Positions 1-8,912 of a stretch of 64,000 nt of DNA are shown here, one piece after another. The notes under the pieces are model-generated. The model had not been told where the DNA came from. It searched no databases and saw only the letters and a list, made by a program, of their open reading frames with translations. Position 1 is the stretch's first letter; the number at the start of each line of letters is the position of its first letter. Position numbers and translations under genes: made by a program. The DNA is from Candidatus Eiseniibacteriota bacterium (lineage in GTDB: Bacteria; Eisenbacteria; RBG-16-71-46): positions 780-64,779 of the forward strand of contig JBGAOB010000003.1 of NCBI GenBank assembly GCA_044222045.1, given 5' to 3'.

Positions 1-1
1 C

Positions 2-907
2 GATGCTCTGCAGGTCGACGTCGAAGCGGGCCACGCCGCTCGGCGTGTCGCGCAGCGGGCGCGGCTCCTGCTCGCTGATCACGCGCATGGCCTCGGGCAG
101 CGACCCCTTGCTCACTTCGTACGGCCGCACGCCGGCCAGCATCTCGTACAGGATCACGCCCAGCGTGTACACGTCCGAGCGCACGTCCAGCGCCAGCGCC
201 TCGCCGCGCACCTGCTCGGGGCTCATGTAGGGCAGCGTGCCGCGGATGGTGCCCACGTCGCTCATCACGCTCATCTGCGAATCGTCGTCGGTGAGCCGCG
301 CCAGGCCGAAGTCCAGCACCTTCACGCTCAACGCGGCCGCGCTGCCCGCACTCGCGCTGCCGCCGTCGCCGGGCGTGGGGATCACGATGTTCGAGGGTTT
401 CAAGTCGCGGTGGATGACGCCGCGCTGGTGGGCGTAGTGCACGGCCTCGGCGATGCGGCCGGCCAGCGCCAGCCGGTGCAGCAGTTCGGCGCGGTTCGCC
501 GGTGAAGGGCGGGCCGCCAGGTAGGCGTCCAGAGTGGGGCCTTCGACCAGCTCCATGGCGAAGTACGGCCGTCCGTCGGGCAGGCGGCCTGCACCGTAGA
601 TGGCGCCGATGTCGGGGTGACGCAGCCGGCCGAGCGTCTCGGCCTCGCGCCGGAACAGCCGCACGTGCAGCGCGTCGGTGTGCGCGCTGCCGCGGATGAC
701 CTTCAATGCGACGCGGCGGCGCGGCTCCTTCTGCTCGGCCAGGTACACCACGCCCATTCCGCCCTGCCCCAGCACGCCCAGCAGCCGGTAGCCGTCGACC
801 TCGGCGGGCATGCCCTCCAGCTCGGGCGACGCGGCCCTGCCGGCCGAGGTGTGCATGGTGCGCGTCTGGTCGTGTTCGTCACTGGGCAAGCGTGGCTCAT
901 CGGACAT
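2..907 (-). CDS. Ser/Thr protein kinase, N-terminal part (gene runs off the left edge)
   Basis: Reverse translation from ATG 907..905 (GGAG 6 nt upstream) reads MSDEPR...GQGGMGVVYLAEQ...VALKVI...HRDLKPSNI...DFGLA...GTLPYMSPEQ (Hanks subdomains I-VIII). No stop before position 1, so it is absent from the ORF track. Confidence 0.85.
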   Translation of the reverse strand, partial: MSDEPRLPSDEHDQTRTMHTSAGRAASPELEGMPAEVDGYRLLGVLGQGGMGVVYLAEQKEPRRRVALKVIRGSAHTDALHVRLFRREAETLGRLRHPDIGAIYGAGRLPDGRPYFAMELVEGPTLDAYLAARPSPANRAELLHRLALAGRIAEAVHYAHQRGVIHRDLKPSNIVIPTPGDGGSASAGSAAALSVKVLDFGLARLTDDDSQMSVMSDVGTIRGTLPYMSPEQVRGEALALDVRSDVYTLGVILYEMLAGVRPYEVSKGSLPEAMRVISEQEPRPLRDTPSGVARFDVDLQSI

Positions 908-994
908 GGTCGCTCCACGTGGGGGTGCGCGATCGTGTTCGGCTTCCGGAACGGCGGGTGCGGCCGGTGCAGCGGGTGTGGCGGGTGCGGTCCT

Positions 995-1471
995 CTACCC
1001 TCGCCGCGCGGCTTCGATCGCGGCGATGTCGATCTTCTTCATGGGCATCATCGCTTCGAACGCGCGCCGTGCTTCGTCGCCGCCGGCCGAGAGCGCGTCC
1101 ATGAGCACGCGCGGCGTGATCTGCCACGACACGCCCCAGCGATCGCGGCACCAGCCGCACGCGCTCTCCTGCCCGCCGTTGCCGACGATCGCGTTCCAGT
1201 AGCGGTCGGTCTCCGCCTGGTCGTCGGTCGCGATCTGGAACGAGAACGCCTCGCTGTGCTTGAACGTGGGCCCGCCGTTGATGCCGAAGCACGGCACGCC
1301 CGAGACCGTGAACTCCACCGTGAGCACGTCGCCCGCCTTGCCGTCGGGATAGTCGCCGGGCGCGCGCACCACGCCGGTCACGCGCGAGTCGGGAAACGTG
1401 GCGGCGTAGAAGCGCGCGGCCTCCTCGGCATCGTGGTCGAACCACAGGCAGATCGTGTTCTTGGGTCGCAT
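995..1471 (-). CDS. VOC / PhnB-like protein (3-demethylubiquinone-9 3-methyltransferase domain family)
   Basis: 158-aa ORF. ICLWFD..AEEAARFY, NGGP.FKHSEAFSF, CGWC.D.WGVSWQI and KKIDIAAIEAA match the family as I remember it. AGGAG lies 8 nt upstream of the ATG. Confidence 0.85.
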   Translation of the reverse strand: MRPKNTICLWFDHDAEEAARFYAATFPDSRVTGVVRAPGDYPDGKAGDVLTVEFTVSGVPCFGINGGPTFKHSEAFSFQIATDDQAETDRYWNAIVGNGGQESACGWCRDRWGVSWQITPRVLMDALSAGGDEARRAFEAMMPMKKIDIAAIEAARRG

Positions 1472-1665
1472 GGGCGTGCTCCTGGTCGAGGTCGAGGCGA
1501 ACGGATCGGCCCGGGTCGGCCGCTGGCCGGGTCATGGGACAAGTCGCAGCCGGATCGCGGGGAGCCGGGTCGTGCATCGGGAGCACTCGAACGGTGCGCG
1601 CACTGTGCCCGGAGGTGCGCCGGGGCGCAATGACTCTCTCGCAAAGCGGCGGCGAGCGCGGCTCG

Positions 1666-2151
1666 TCAGCGTTTCCGAGCGCCTCGGCCGGCCGCCGCCC
1701 GGCTCGCACGCTTCTTCTGCGACTCGGCGCGGACGATCACCTCGCCCGCCTTGCCCGCCTTCGGAGTCACCCCGGCCAGCTTCAGCGCAGCCACCATCAG
1801 CGCCTGGATCTCCGGGCGGTCGAAGTCCGCGGCCTTGCCCAGCACGACGTGCCGCACCGTGGCGGTCCCGCGCAGCAGCTTGTTCGGGTCGGCGGCCTTC
1901 AGCGACACGCCCTTCGAGAAGAACAGCTTCACCTCGCCCGGGTAGAGCCCCATCGAGCACACGCCTTCGTAGCCGTTCTCGCTGGGTGCATACGCGATCA
2001 CGAGCGCGTCCTGGTTCTCGTACCGGTAGACGATCTCGTTCAGGCCCGGCAGCCGCTTGCGCAGCTTCGCGCGCAGCGCCTTCCCGAACTTCGCCATCGC
2101 GGGCTCGTACATCGCGAAGTAGCTCGCCAGCTGCTCGTCGGTGCTCGTCAC
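1666..2151 (-). CDS. DUF1801-like hypothetical protein
   Basis: ORF 1666..2181. I prefer GTG 2151 (AGGAGA 7 nt upstream) over ATG 2181. Product has a lysine/arginine-rich tail. Family call is tentative. Confidence 0.55.
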   Translation of the reverse strand: MTSTDEQLASYFAMYEPAMAKFGKALRAKLRKRLPGLNEIVYRYENQDALVIAYAPSENGYEGVCSMGLYPGEVKLFFSKGVSLKAADPNKLLRGTATVRHVVLGKAADFDRPEIQALMVAALKLAGVTPKAGKAGEVIVRAESQKKRASRAAAGRGARKR

Positions 2152-2297
2152 GTGCGGATCTCCTGGAGGTTGAAGGTGCACGGCACCCTACCGGCCGGGG
2201 CCACGGCGCGTCCACGCCCGAGCGCGTGGCCCGGCCTCCGAAACCCGCGCGACCGGACCCTTCTTCGCGCGGATGCGGGCGTGCCAGCGTGCGCCGC

Positions 2298-2708
2298 ATG
2301 TTCACCCTTCCCGTGCTCATCGGCGTCGCGCTCGCGCCCGTCATCGTCGGGCTGGGGCGCCTGTCGGGCCTCGATCGCGATCGCGCCATGTACCCGGTCT
2401 CGCTCATCGTGATCGCGGCGTACTACGTGCTCTTCGCCACGATGGGCGGCTCGCAGGCGCTGATCGCGGAGTTGATCGCGGCGATGGTCTTCGTCGTCGT
2501 CGCGATCGTCGGCTTTCGCACCAGCCTGTGGTGGGTCGCGGCCGGGATCGCCGGTCACGGCGTGTTCGACTGGGTGGTGCACCCGCGCCTGATCGCGAAC
2601 CCGGGCGTGCCCGCGTTCTGGCCGGGCTTCTGCGGATCGATCGACGTGGCGCTCGGCGTGCTCGTCGCGATCCTCCTGCTCCGCCGCGCGATTCCCGCGC
2701 GCGGCTGA
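2298..2708 (+). CDS. small integral membrane protein (about 4 TM helices)
   Basis: Only the last 136 codons of ORF 1455..2708 look real: MFTLPVLIGVALAPVIVGL..., with four hydrophobic helices and GC-rich third codon positions. Upstream part of the ORF is Arg/Pro/Ser low-complexity noise. Confidence 0.6.
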   Translation: MFTLPVLIGVALAPVIVGLGRLSGLDRDRAMYPVSLIVIAAYYVLFATMGGSQALIAELIAAMVFVVVAIVGFRTSLWWVAAGIAGHGVFDWVVHPRLIANPGVPAFWPGFCGSIDVALGVLVAILLLRRAIPARG

Positions 2709-2966
2709 GCGCCGCGGCGACGCGCCCTCGACCCGCGCGGGGTGACGACGGGCCCGCTCACCGCTTCGGGGGCGCGGCGCTGGGCGCCGCGGGATTCCCG
2801 CCCGCTGCCGCCGCGACCCTCGACTCGATGTCGGCTCTCGTGTTGGAGGCGTCGACGGCCGCGCCCACCCCGCGTGCTGCCGGAGGAGTTTTCGATTGCC
2901 GGCTGCGCGGAGCGGCTGGGACCATGGGGCATGGTCGCCCGACTCGCCCCCCTCACGGAGGTCCCC

Positions 2967-3707
2967 ATGCGTCGCTCCGCCCTCGCCGTCTCATTCGTCG
3001 CGCTCGCGATCGTGGCTTCGCTCGCCCCTCGCGCACACGCGGCACCCTGCACGCCCGCTTCGTGCACGGGCACGTTCCAGGGCGTCACGTTCGAGTCGCT
3101 CGCGCCGGGCTCGCTCGTGGAAGGCCTCGGCACCGTCGCGCCCACGCTCGCCATCACCAGCGTGCCGTGGGCGTTCGGCTCGGGCTGCCCGGTGGGCGCC
3201 ACGCGCGTCATCGAGGAACTCAACGTGGTTCCGTTCAGCAGCTACAGCACCGCTTCGGGCAACAACGGCTGCCTCGACGGCGTCCACGGCATGGGGCATC
3301 CGTCGAACTGCGTGCTCGACTACGACTTCACGTTCGCCCCGGGCGTCACGGTGGGGTGCTTCTCGATCAAGCTGGTGGACTTCGGCGACTACTACCCGTA
3401 CGGCGGCACGGTGCACGGCGCCACGCTCACGGCCTACGACGCGAGTCACGCGGTCGTCGCGGTGGCGCCGCTCGCCGGTGGCGCGGCGGTCGACAGCACC
3501 AGCGGCGACGCGTGCCTCAGCCAGGCGGGCCTGCCGGGCAACTTCGTGCTGTCGGTGGCTGGCGCGGGCATCACGCGCGTCGAGCTGCGCTTCGGGCCGA
3601 GCCCGGATCCCAACGTGGGCTTCGATTCGATCGCCTGGTGCGAACTCACCGCGCCCACGGCGGTGACGCGGCGGACGTGGGGACGGGTGAAGACGCTCTA
3701 CCGGTGA
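2967..3707 (+). CDS. secreted cysteine-rich protein of unknown function with C-terminal TWGRVKTLYR tail
   Basis: In-frame ATG 2967 preceded by GGAGG. Signal peptide MRRSALAVSFVALAIVASLAPRAHA. About 10 Cys in the mature part. Lacks the C-terminal domain shared by the other secreted proteins. Confidence 0.7.
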   Translation: MRRSALAVSFVALAIVASLAPRAHAAPCTPASCTGTFQGVTFESLAPGSLVEGLGTVAPTLAITSVPWAFGSGCPVGATRVIEELNVVPFSSYSTASGNNGCLDGVHGMGHPSNCVLDYDFTFAPGVTVGCFSIKLVDFGDYYPYGGTVHGATLTAYDASHAVVAVAPLAGGAAVDSTSGDACLSQAGLPGNFVLSVAGAGITRVELRFGPSPDPNVGFDSIAWCELTAPTAVTRRTWGRVKTLYR

Positions 3708-3718
3708 GCGGACGACAG

Positions 3719-3756
3719 GCGGAGGGCCGCGCGGCGTGCAACGCGCGGCCCTCCGC
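3719..3756. terminator. perfect 15-bp GC stem / 8-nt loop between convergent genes (candidate bidirectional terminator, no U tract)
   Basis: GCGGAGGGCCGCGCG (3719..3733), loop GCGTGCAA, CGCGCGGCCCTCCGC (3742..3756). Lies between stops at 3707 (+) and 3784 (-). Confidence 0.5.
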
Positions 3757-3783
3757 GGCTCGTTCCCCTCGACACGATCCGCG

Positions 3784-6700
3784 TCACTGCACGACGACCG
3801 CCCTCGCGGTGCGCCGACTCTCTCCCTGGATCAGTCGCACCCAGTAGAGCCCGGCAGGCAGCGCGCGCTGTTCGGCCAGGTTCACGACGTGCCGGCCGGC
3901 GCCGAGCGTGCCGACTTCGCGCTCGAGCACCCGTCGCCCGATCACGTCGGTGAGCTCGAGCCGCGCGGGCGCAGGAGTCGGGAGAACGAAGCTCACGCGC
4001 AAGGCTCGTCCGCTCGAGGGATTCGGCTGGAGGCCGTCGAGCGCCAGCACGAGCGGTGCTCCCCCGGGAACGTCCGTGGTGCCGGCGGGCGTCACGAGCG
4101 CGAAGGCGCTTTCGTTTCCGTTCACGTCCAGCGCGCTCAGCTTGTAGAAGCTCCCCGCGGGGCCGGCATCGGCGTAGCTCGTGCCGATCTGCGTCGCGAT
4201 GCGGTTCGCGGGCGACGGCGTGAACGAGCCGGTCGTCCCCCGATAGAGCGCGTACGAGCCCAGGTCGTGCTCGGCGTTCGCCGTCCACTGCAGGTGCGTC
4301 GCGCCGCCCGAGTACGCGGCGACGAAAGCCGTCGGGGCCGCCGGGGCGAGGTTGTCCACCGATTGCGCGCTGATGGGTGTGCTGATGTACCAGATCGATG
4401 GCGTCGTCGTGTGCGCCGTGACCACGAAACTGTTGGGCGCGCTGTTCGACACCGTCGGCACGGCCACGATGTACTGCCCCTGCTGCAGCGCGGGCAAGCT
4501 GGCCACCAGCTCCCAGGTTCCCGCGGGGAACACCGCCGCGCTCTCCGCGGGGCGCGCGCGGCTCGCCGTGACCAGCAGTCGGCCGCCGGCCGGCCCGGCG
4601 TCGAGCTCGGGCGGCAGTTGCTTCGCGATGCGCGCGATGTCCTCCGCGGACGCGGTCGCGCTCGCGTCACTCACGGCCAGCGTGCCGGGCACCTTCCGCC
4701 ACACGCCGTAGAGCGAGATCGGCGTGGTGGCGGCGGCCAGGTCGAGCAGCGAGCGACCGATGGTCAGGCGCAGCCATCCGCCCTGATCCGCCGGGATGTC
4801 GACCAGGCTCACGATCGCGGGCTCGGGTCCCTGCGGGCCGACCCGGACATGCCCGCCACCTTCGGAGGGGAACGCACTGATGAACGTGCCGTGGACGGCG
4901 TCCTCGACCGGCTGGGCGAGGCCGGTGGAGGAAGACTGTCCGACCAGGCTGTTCGCGGCGCTGATCACGCCGACGACGCCGGCGGTTCCATTTCCCCACG
5001 TCGCCGCGCCGGCATTCGTGTTCGGGCCGTCGTCCCAGCCAGCGCTGCTGACGACGTAGTTGCCATCGGAGAGCGGCTTCACGACTCCGACGAAGTCTCC
5101 GGCATGGGAACCGACGAGACTGTTGGAGGGGCCGACAGGCCCGACCGTGCCCCCCGCACCGTTACCCCACGTCACCGCGCCGGCATAGAGGGCACCGCTG
5201 TTCGACCAGCTCTGACTCATGACGACGTAGTTGCCGTTGGTGAGCGCGAGCAGGCCGTCTCCAACGCGATCGCCGCCGACGGTGCCCAGCAGGCTGTTGC
5301 CCGCATGGATCGGGCCGGTGCCTCCACCCGTTCCACTGCACCATGTCACGGCGCCCACGTCGGTGACCGCGAAAACCGCGTTGTCCCAGACCGGGCTCGG
5401 GACCACGTAGTTGCCGTTGGAAAGCGCGGCCACGGCCGATGCGCCCACCTGGTCGGTCGCCGAACTCCCGACCAGGCTGTTCGCCGCCGACACCACACCC
5501 ACCACGCCGCCGGTTCCGTCTCCCCACGTCACGGCGCCGGCCAACGGGACTGCGCCGTTGCTCCAGCTCGGGCTGCGCACCACGTAGTTGCCGTTCGTGA
5601 GCGCGGTGACGCCGCTACCGCCGACTTTGTCGTAAGCCTGCGATCCCACGAGGCTGTTCCAGGGTCCGACCGGACCGGCAAGGCCCGTGGCGCCATTGGC
5701 CCAGGTGACGGCGCCCACGTCGGTCGGTGCACCCTGCTCCCAGTTGGGACTCGCGACGACGTAGTTGCCGTTCGTCAACGCGGCCACCTGCGTGCCGACG
5801 AAGTTGTCGGCTCCCCCCCCGACCAGGCTGTTGGCGGCGGAGATCGTGCCCACGACCCCGCCCGAACCGCTCACCCACGTCACCGCGCCGGCATTGGCGA
5901 GCGGGCCGTTGTCCCAGAACGGGCTCGCCAGGACGTAGTTTCCGTTCGCGAGCACGGTCACTCCGTACGAACCGACCTGATCGCTCGCGGTGGTGCCGAC
6001 GAGGCTGTTCGCGGAGGAGATCGCGCCGTGCACACCACTCGCGCCATTTCCCCAGGTGACGGCGCCCGCGCCGGCGAGGGCGCCGTTGCTCCACTGGTTG
6101 CTTCCCACGACGTAGTTGCCGTTCGGAAGCGGCGTCGCGTACGAGCCGACCGCGTCGTTGAGGGTCGATCCGACGAGACTGTTCGCAGCGGAAAGCGGAC
6201 CGACCGTGCCGCCCGATCCGTTCCCCCAGGTCGCCGCGCCCGCGTTCTCGATGGCACCGTTGTCCCAGTAGCTGCTGAGGACGACGTAGTTGCCATTGGC
6301 GAGCGCTACCAAGCCCGTGCCGCTGAGGTAGTCGTAGGTCGTGGAGCCCACGAGGCTGTTCCCGGCGGTGACGACTCCGGTGACTCCGGTCGCCCCGCTC
6401 CCCCAGGTCACCGCACCGGCGTCGACGAGGGCGCCATTGTCCCAGTAGGGATTCGACACGACGTAGTTGCCATTGGCGAGCACCAGGACGGCTCCGCCGT
6501 GGTCGTAGTTTGTCGAGCCCACGAGGCTGTTGGCGGAAGTGACGGCGCCCTTCACGCCACTCGCGCCATGACCCCAGGTAACCGCGCCGGCTTCCATGGC
6601 GGCGCCATTCCGCCAGTAGGGGCTCGTCACGACGTAGTTGCCCCCGGGGAGCGCCGTGACGGCCAGCCCGACGAAATCACTCGTGTTCGAGCCCACGAGA

Positions 6701-7140
6701 CTGTTCGCCGCGGACACGATCCCCGATACCCCCAGCGTGCCGCTCCCCCAGGTCACGGCGCCGGCATCGGTGTTCGCGCCGTTGTCCCACAGCGGGCTCT
6801 CGACGACGTAGTTGCCGTTGGCGAGTGCGGTGACCCCGCCGGACCCGACTCGATTGCCGGCGGCGGAGCCTCGGAGCGTGCTGATCAGGGCCCCGGTGCC
6901 TCCATTGAAGAGGTACACGGCTCCTGCGTTCGTGCCGCCCGCGTCGTCGTAGGACGAGGTGATCACCACGTTGCCCGTGCTCAGCACGACCACCGTGGCC
7001 CCGAACTGGTTACCGGGGGCGGGATTCGGATCGACGAACTCCTGGAACGCCGCGGTCGCGAGCGCACCCTCCGGCATCAGCAGGTTCGCGAGTAGGAGCA
7101 CACCCTGAAGTGCAAGACGCTGGGGACTCGACTGGCGCAT
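3784..7140 (-). CDS. large secreted repeat protein: 12 FG-GAP-like ~57-aa repeats, Fn3-like module, FlgD-Ig/T9SS-like C-terminal domain
   Basis: ORF 3784..7197. Start placed at ATG 7140 (GGAGGA upstream; signal MRQSSPQRLALQGVLLLANLL). Repeats read GAVTWG.G..GV.G..S.ANSLVGS...D.VG...V.AL.NGNYVV.SP.W.NG. Ends ...LPAGLYWVRLIQGESRRTARAVVVQ. Confidence 0.85.
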   Translation of the reverse strand: MRQSSPQRLALQGVLLLANLLMPEGALATAAFQEFVDPNPAPGNQFGATVVVLSTGNVVITSSYDDAGGTNAGAVYLFNGGTGALISTLRGSAAGNRVGSGGVTALANGNYVVESPLWDNGANTDAGAVTWGSGTLGVSGIVSAANSLVGSNTSDFVGLAVTALPGGNYVVTSPYWRNGAAMEAGAVTWGHGASGVKGAVTSANSLVGSTNYDHGGAVLVLANGNYVVSNPYWDNGALVDAGAVTWGSGATGVTGVVTAGNSLVGSTTYDYLSGTGLVALANGNYVVLSSYWDNGAIENAGAATWGNGSGGTVGPLSAANSLVGSTLNDAVGSYATPLPNGNYVVGSNQWSNGALAGAGAVTWGNGASGVHGAISSANSLVGTTASDQVGSYGVTVLANGNYVLASPFWDNGPLANAGAVTWVSGSGGVVGTISAANSLVGGGADNFVGTQVAALTNGNYVVASPNWEQGAPTDVGAVTWANGATGLAGPVGPWNSLVGSQAYDKVGGSGVTALTNGNYVVRSPSWSNGAVPLAGAVTWGDGTGGVVGVVSAANSLVGSSATDQVGASAVAALSNGNYVVPSPVWDNAVFAVTDVGAVTWCSGTGGGTGPIHAGNSLLGTVGGDRVGDGLLALTNGNYVVMSQSWSNSGALYAGAVTWGNGAGGTVGPVGPSNSLVGSHAGDFVGVVKPLSDGNYVVSSAGWDDGPNTNAGAATWGNGTAGVVGVISAANSLVGQSSSTGLAQPVEDAVHGTFISAFPSEGGGHVRVGPQGPEPAIVSLVDIPADQGGWLRLTIGRSLLDLAAATTPISLYGVWRKVPGTLAVSDASATASAEDIARIAKQLPPELDAGPAGGRLLVTASRARPAESAAVFPAGTWELVASLPALQQGQYIVAVPTVSNSAPNSFVVTAHTTTPSIWYISTPISAQSVDNLAPAAPTAFVAAYSGGATHLQWTANAEHDLGSYALYRGTTGSFTPSPANRIATQIGTSYADAGPAGSFYKLSALDVNGNESAFALVTPAGTTDVPGGAPLVLALDGLQPNPSSGRALRVSFVLPTPAPARLELTDVIGRRVLEREVGTLGAGRHVVNLAEQRALPAGLYWVRLIQGESRRTARAVVVQ
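4920..7020 (-). repeat. intragenic tandem repeat, about 12 units of ~170 nt
   Basis: Twelve GAV(T/Y)W / NGNYVV units counted in the translation. Boundaries approximate. Confidence 0.7.
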
Positions 7141-7603
7141 GGGTTCCTCCGTTGACGGGAGCGTGGCGGCAGACACGGGTGAGCAGACGACAGGCACATT
7201 GATGTAAACGCCCGGATCGCACCCCGATCACAGGAAATCACCCGACCGGGCGGAGCGCCGCATGGGTGGGTTGCCCCGGAGCCGTCGTCCGGGCCCGCGC
7301 ACGTCGCCAGCGTCGCCGAACGGCACCCTTCGAACCACCACCCCGCGAACCTGCCCGCGCGGGTCGCCGCCGGCGATTGGGTCTGGAGGGTCTCGAACTC
7401 GCCGGTGACGATCCCGAGCCACGTGGCTCGGAGTGCCGCTCAGCGTGTTCGGCCGGCGCGGCTCCGACGTAGGAGCCTACGTGAACGAGCCCGACCGGCT
7501 CCGGCGGGAGGGGGGACTTCGCCTGGCTCGGCGCGCCGATGCGGACGCCTCGCCGCCGGCAACGACCCCACCGAATCCCCGAACTGCCCCGTTGGAGGTG
7601 GCC

Positions 7604-8713
7604 ATGACGAAGCGAAGCGCAACCTGCCTGCTGCTCGCAGCACTCGTGCTGCTCGTCGCGGCAGCCCCTCCCGCCTCGGCCGCGCCGCTGGGGCGGGGCT
7701 TCACGTACCAGGGCCAGCTCCACCTGGCGGGTACACCGGTGGAAGGTCCCGTCACGCTGCGCTTCAGCCTGTGGGACGCGGCCGGCGCGGGCGATCCCCC
7801 GACCGGCGGGTCGCGCATCGGCAACGTGCAGACCCTGACGAACGTCCCCGTGTCGGGCGGCGTCTTCAGCGTGGTGCTGAACGCGGGCGATGAATTCGGC
7901 GCCCAGGCGTTCGACGGCGAGGCACGCTGGCTGCAGGTCGAAGTGTGCGCCGACAGCACGTGTTCGTCGGCGACGGTGCTGGGGCCCCGGCAGGCTCTCA
8001 CGGGTACGCCGTACGCGCTCGGGCCGTGGCAGCGGAGCGGCACGAACCTCACCTTCTCGGGCGGCAGCGTCGGCATCGGAACGACGTCGCCCGCCCACAC
8101 GCTTCACGTCAAGGCGGTCGAGCCCGCGCTGGTCCTGGAGGACGCTGCGAGCGCGTCGCTGCAGTCGGGGTACATCTCGTTCCGCAATCCGACGTCCGAG
8201 ACCGGCTGGTTCGGCTACGGAACCGCGGGCAGCCCGGACATGACGATCGCGAATGCGCGCCCGAACGGGGACATCGCGCTGTGGGCCGGAGGTGAGCGGC
8301 TGAGGGTCGACTACTCGAGCGGGAACGTCGGCATCGGCACGGCGACGCCCGCGAGCCGGCTCGAAGTGCGCGGCGACGTCCGGCTCGGCTCGACCGGTGA
8401 GTACTTCTCCCCCGCCAGCGGCGAGAACCTGCGGATCATCCGCGGCAAGGTGAGCGCGGCGGGAAGCATCGCCTTCGGTACCGGCTTCACGGTCAGTCGC
8501 AGCGCGGTCGGCGTGTACGTCATCACGTACGGCACGCCGTTCCCCACGGGACAGTGGCCGGTCCTCACCGCGTCGGCCGAATCGAACGGCACGGTGGCGC
8601 GCTTCGCGATGATCAACACCCCGACCCACCTCTCGGCGGTGGTTCGCATCGTCAACGGATCGGGAACGGCGGCGGACGCCGACTTCTACTTCATCGCGGT
8701 GGGCACGCGGTGA
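7604..8713 (+). CDS. secreted tail-fibre-like protein, paralogue 1
   Basis: ATG 7604 after GGAGGTG. Signal MTKRSATCLLLAALVLLVAAAPPASA. N-terminal FTYQGQL...RWLQVEV module, two GNVGIGT.TP motifs typical of tail-fibre-like proteins, C-terminal ...FYFIAVGTR. Confidence 0.8.
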   Translation: MTKRSATCLLLAALVLLVAAAPPASAAPLGRGFTYQGQLHLAGTPVEGPVTLRFSLWDAAGAGDPPTGGSRIGNVQTLTNVPVSGGVFSVVLNAGDEFGAQAFDGEARWLQVEVCADSTCSSATVLGPRQALTGTPYALGPWQRSGTNLTFSGGSVGIGTTSPAHTLHVKAVEPALVLEDAASASLQSGYISFRNPTSETGWFGYGTAGSPDMTIANARPNGDIALWAGGERLRVDYSSGNVGIGTATPASRLEVRGDVRLGSTGEYFSPASGENLRIIRGKVSAAGSIAFGTGFTVSRSAVGVYVITYGTPFPTGQWPVLTASAESNGTVARFAMINTPTHLSAVVRIVNGSGTAADADFYFIAVGTR

Positions 8714-8912
8714 TCGCGCGCCGAAGCGTGCTCGTCTTCGGTGACGCGATGCGATCGCGGGACGTTCCCGCGACGTCCGAGCCCGCGCGGCCACGTCCGG
8801 AGCGCGGAGCATCGGCGGACCGGCGCCGCACGCCCGGACGCCTCCATCCCAACGTCACGCGGCGACCCGCCGACATCGACCTGTACCTCGAACTTCGCGA
8901 CCGGAGGTAGCC

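Noticed and set aside
3736-7095. 1119-aa plus-strand ORF and many other very long ORFs (for example 38626..41610 -, 42673..45642 +, 26510..28939 +, 28752..30311 -, 11698..13284 +, 62151..63758 +)
   Set aside because: They lie antisense or off-frame to genes with clear domain signatures. They translate to Arg/Ala/Gly/Pro low-complexity sequence with no motifs, signal peptides or SD sites. They are the expected shadow ORFs of stop-codon-poor GC-rich DNA.
7414-7431. Perfect 18-bp palindrome CCGAGCCACGTGGCTCGG. Related GAGCC/GGCTC inverted repeats at 14389..14406 and 62137..62149, and a 16-bp palindrome GGCCTCGGCCGAGGCC at 21754..21769
   Set aside because: By rough estimate, about one 16-18-bp GC palindrome is expected by chance in 64 kb of this composition. 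The copies share only a GC-rich hexamer, have different spacers and show no consistent position relative to genes. They are noted but not called as operators.
7141-7603. Search for a shared ECF-type promoter (GGAAC-N16/17-CGTC-like) upstream of the C-terminal-domain cargo genes (also 14263..14596, 17357..17611, 21399..21783, 28742..28952)
   Set aside because: Isolated GAAC and CGTC strings occur, but I found no consistent spacing or position by eye. Proper motif discovery such as MEME on all cargo promoters genome-wide is needed before claiming a sigma regulon.
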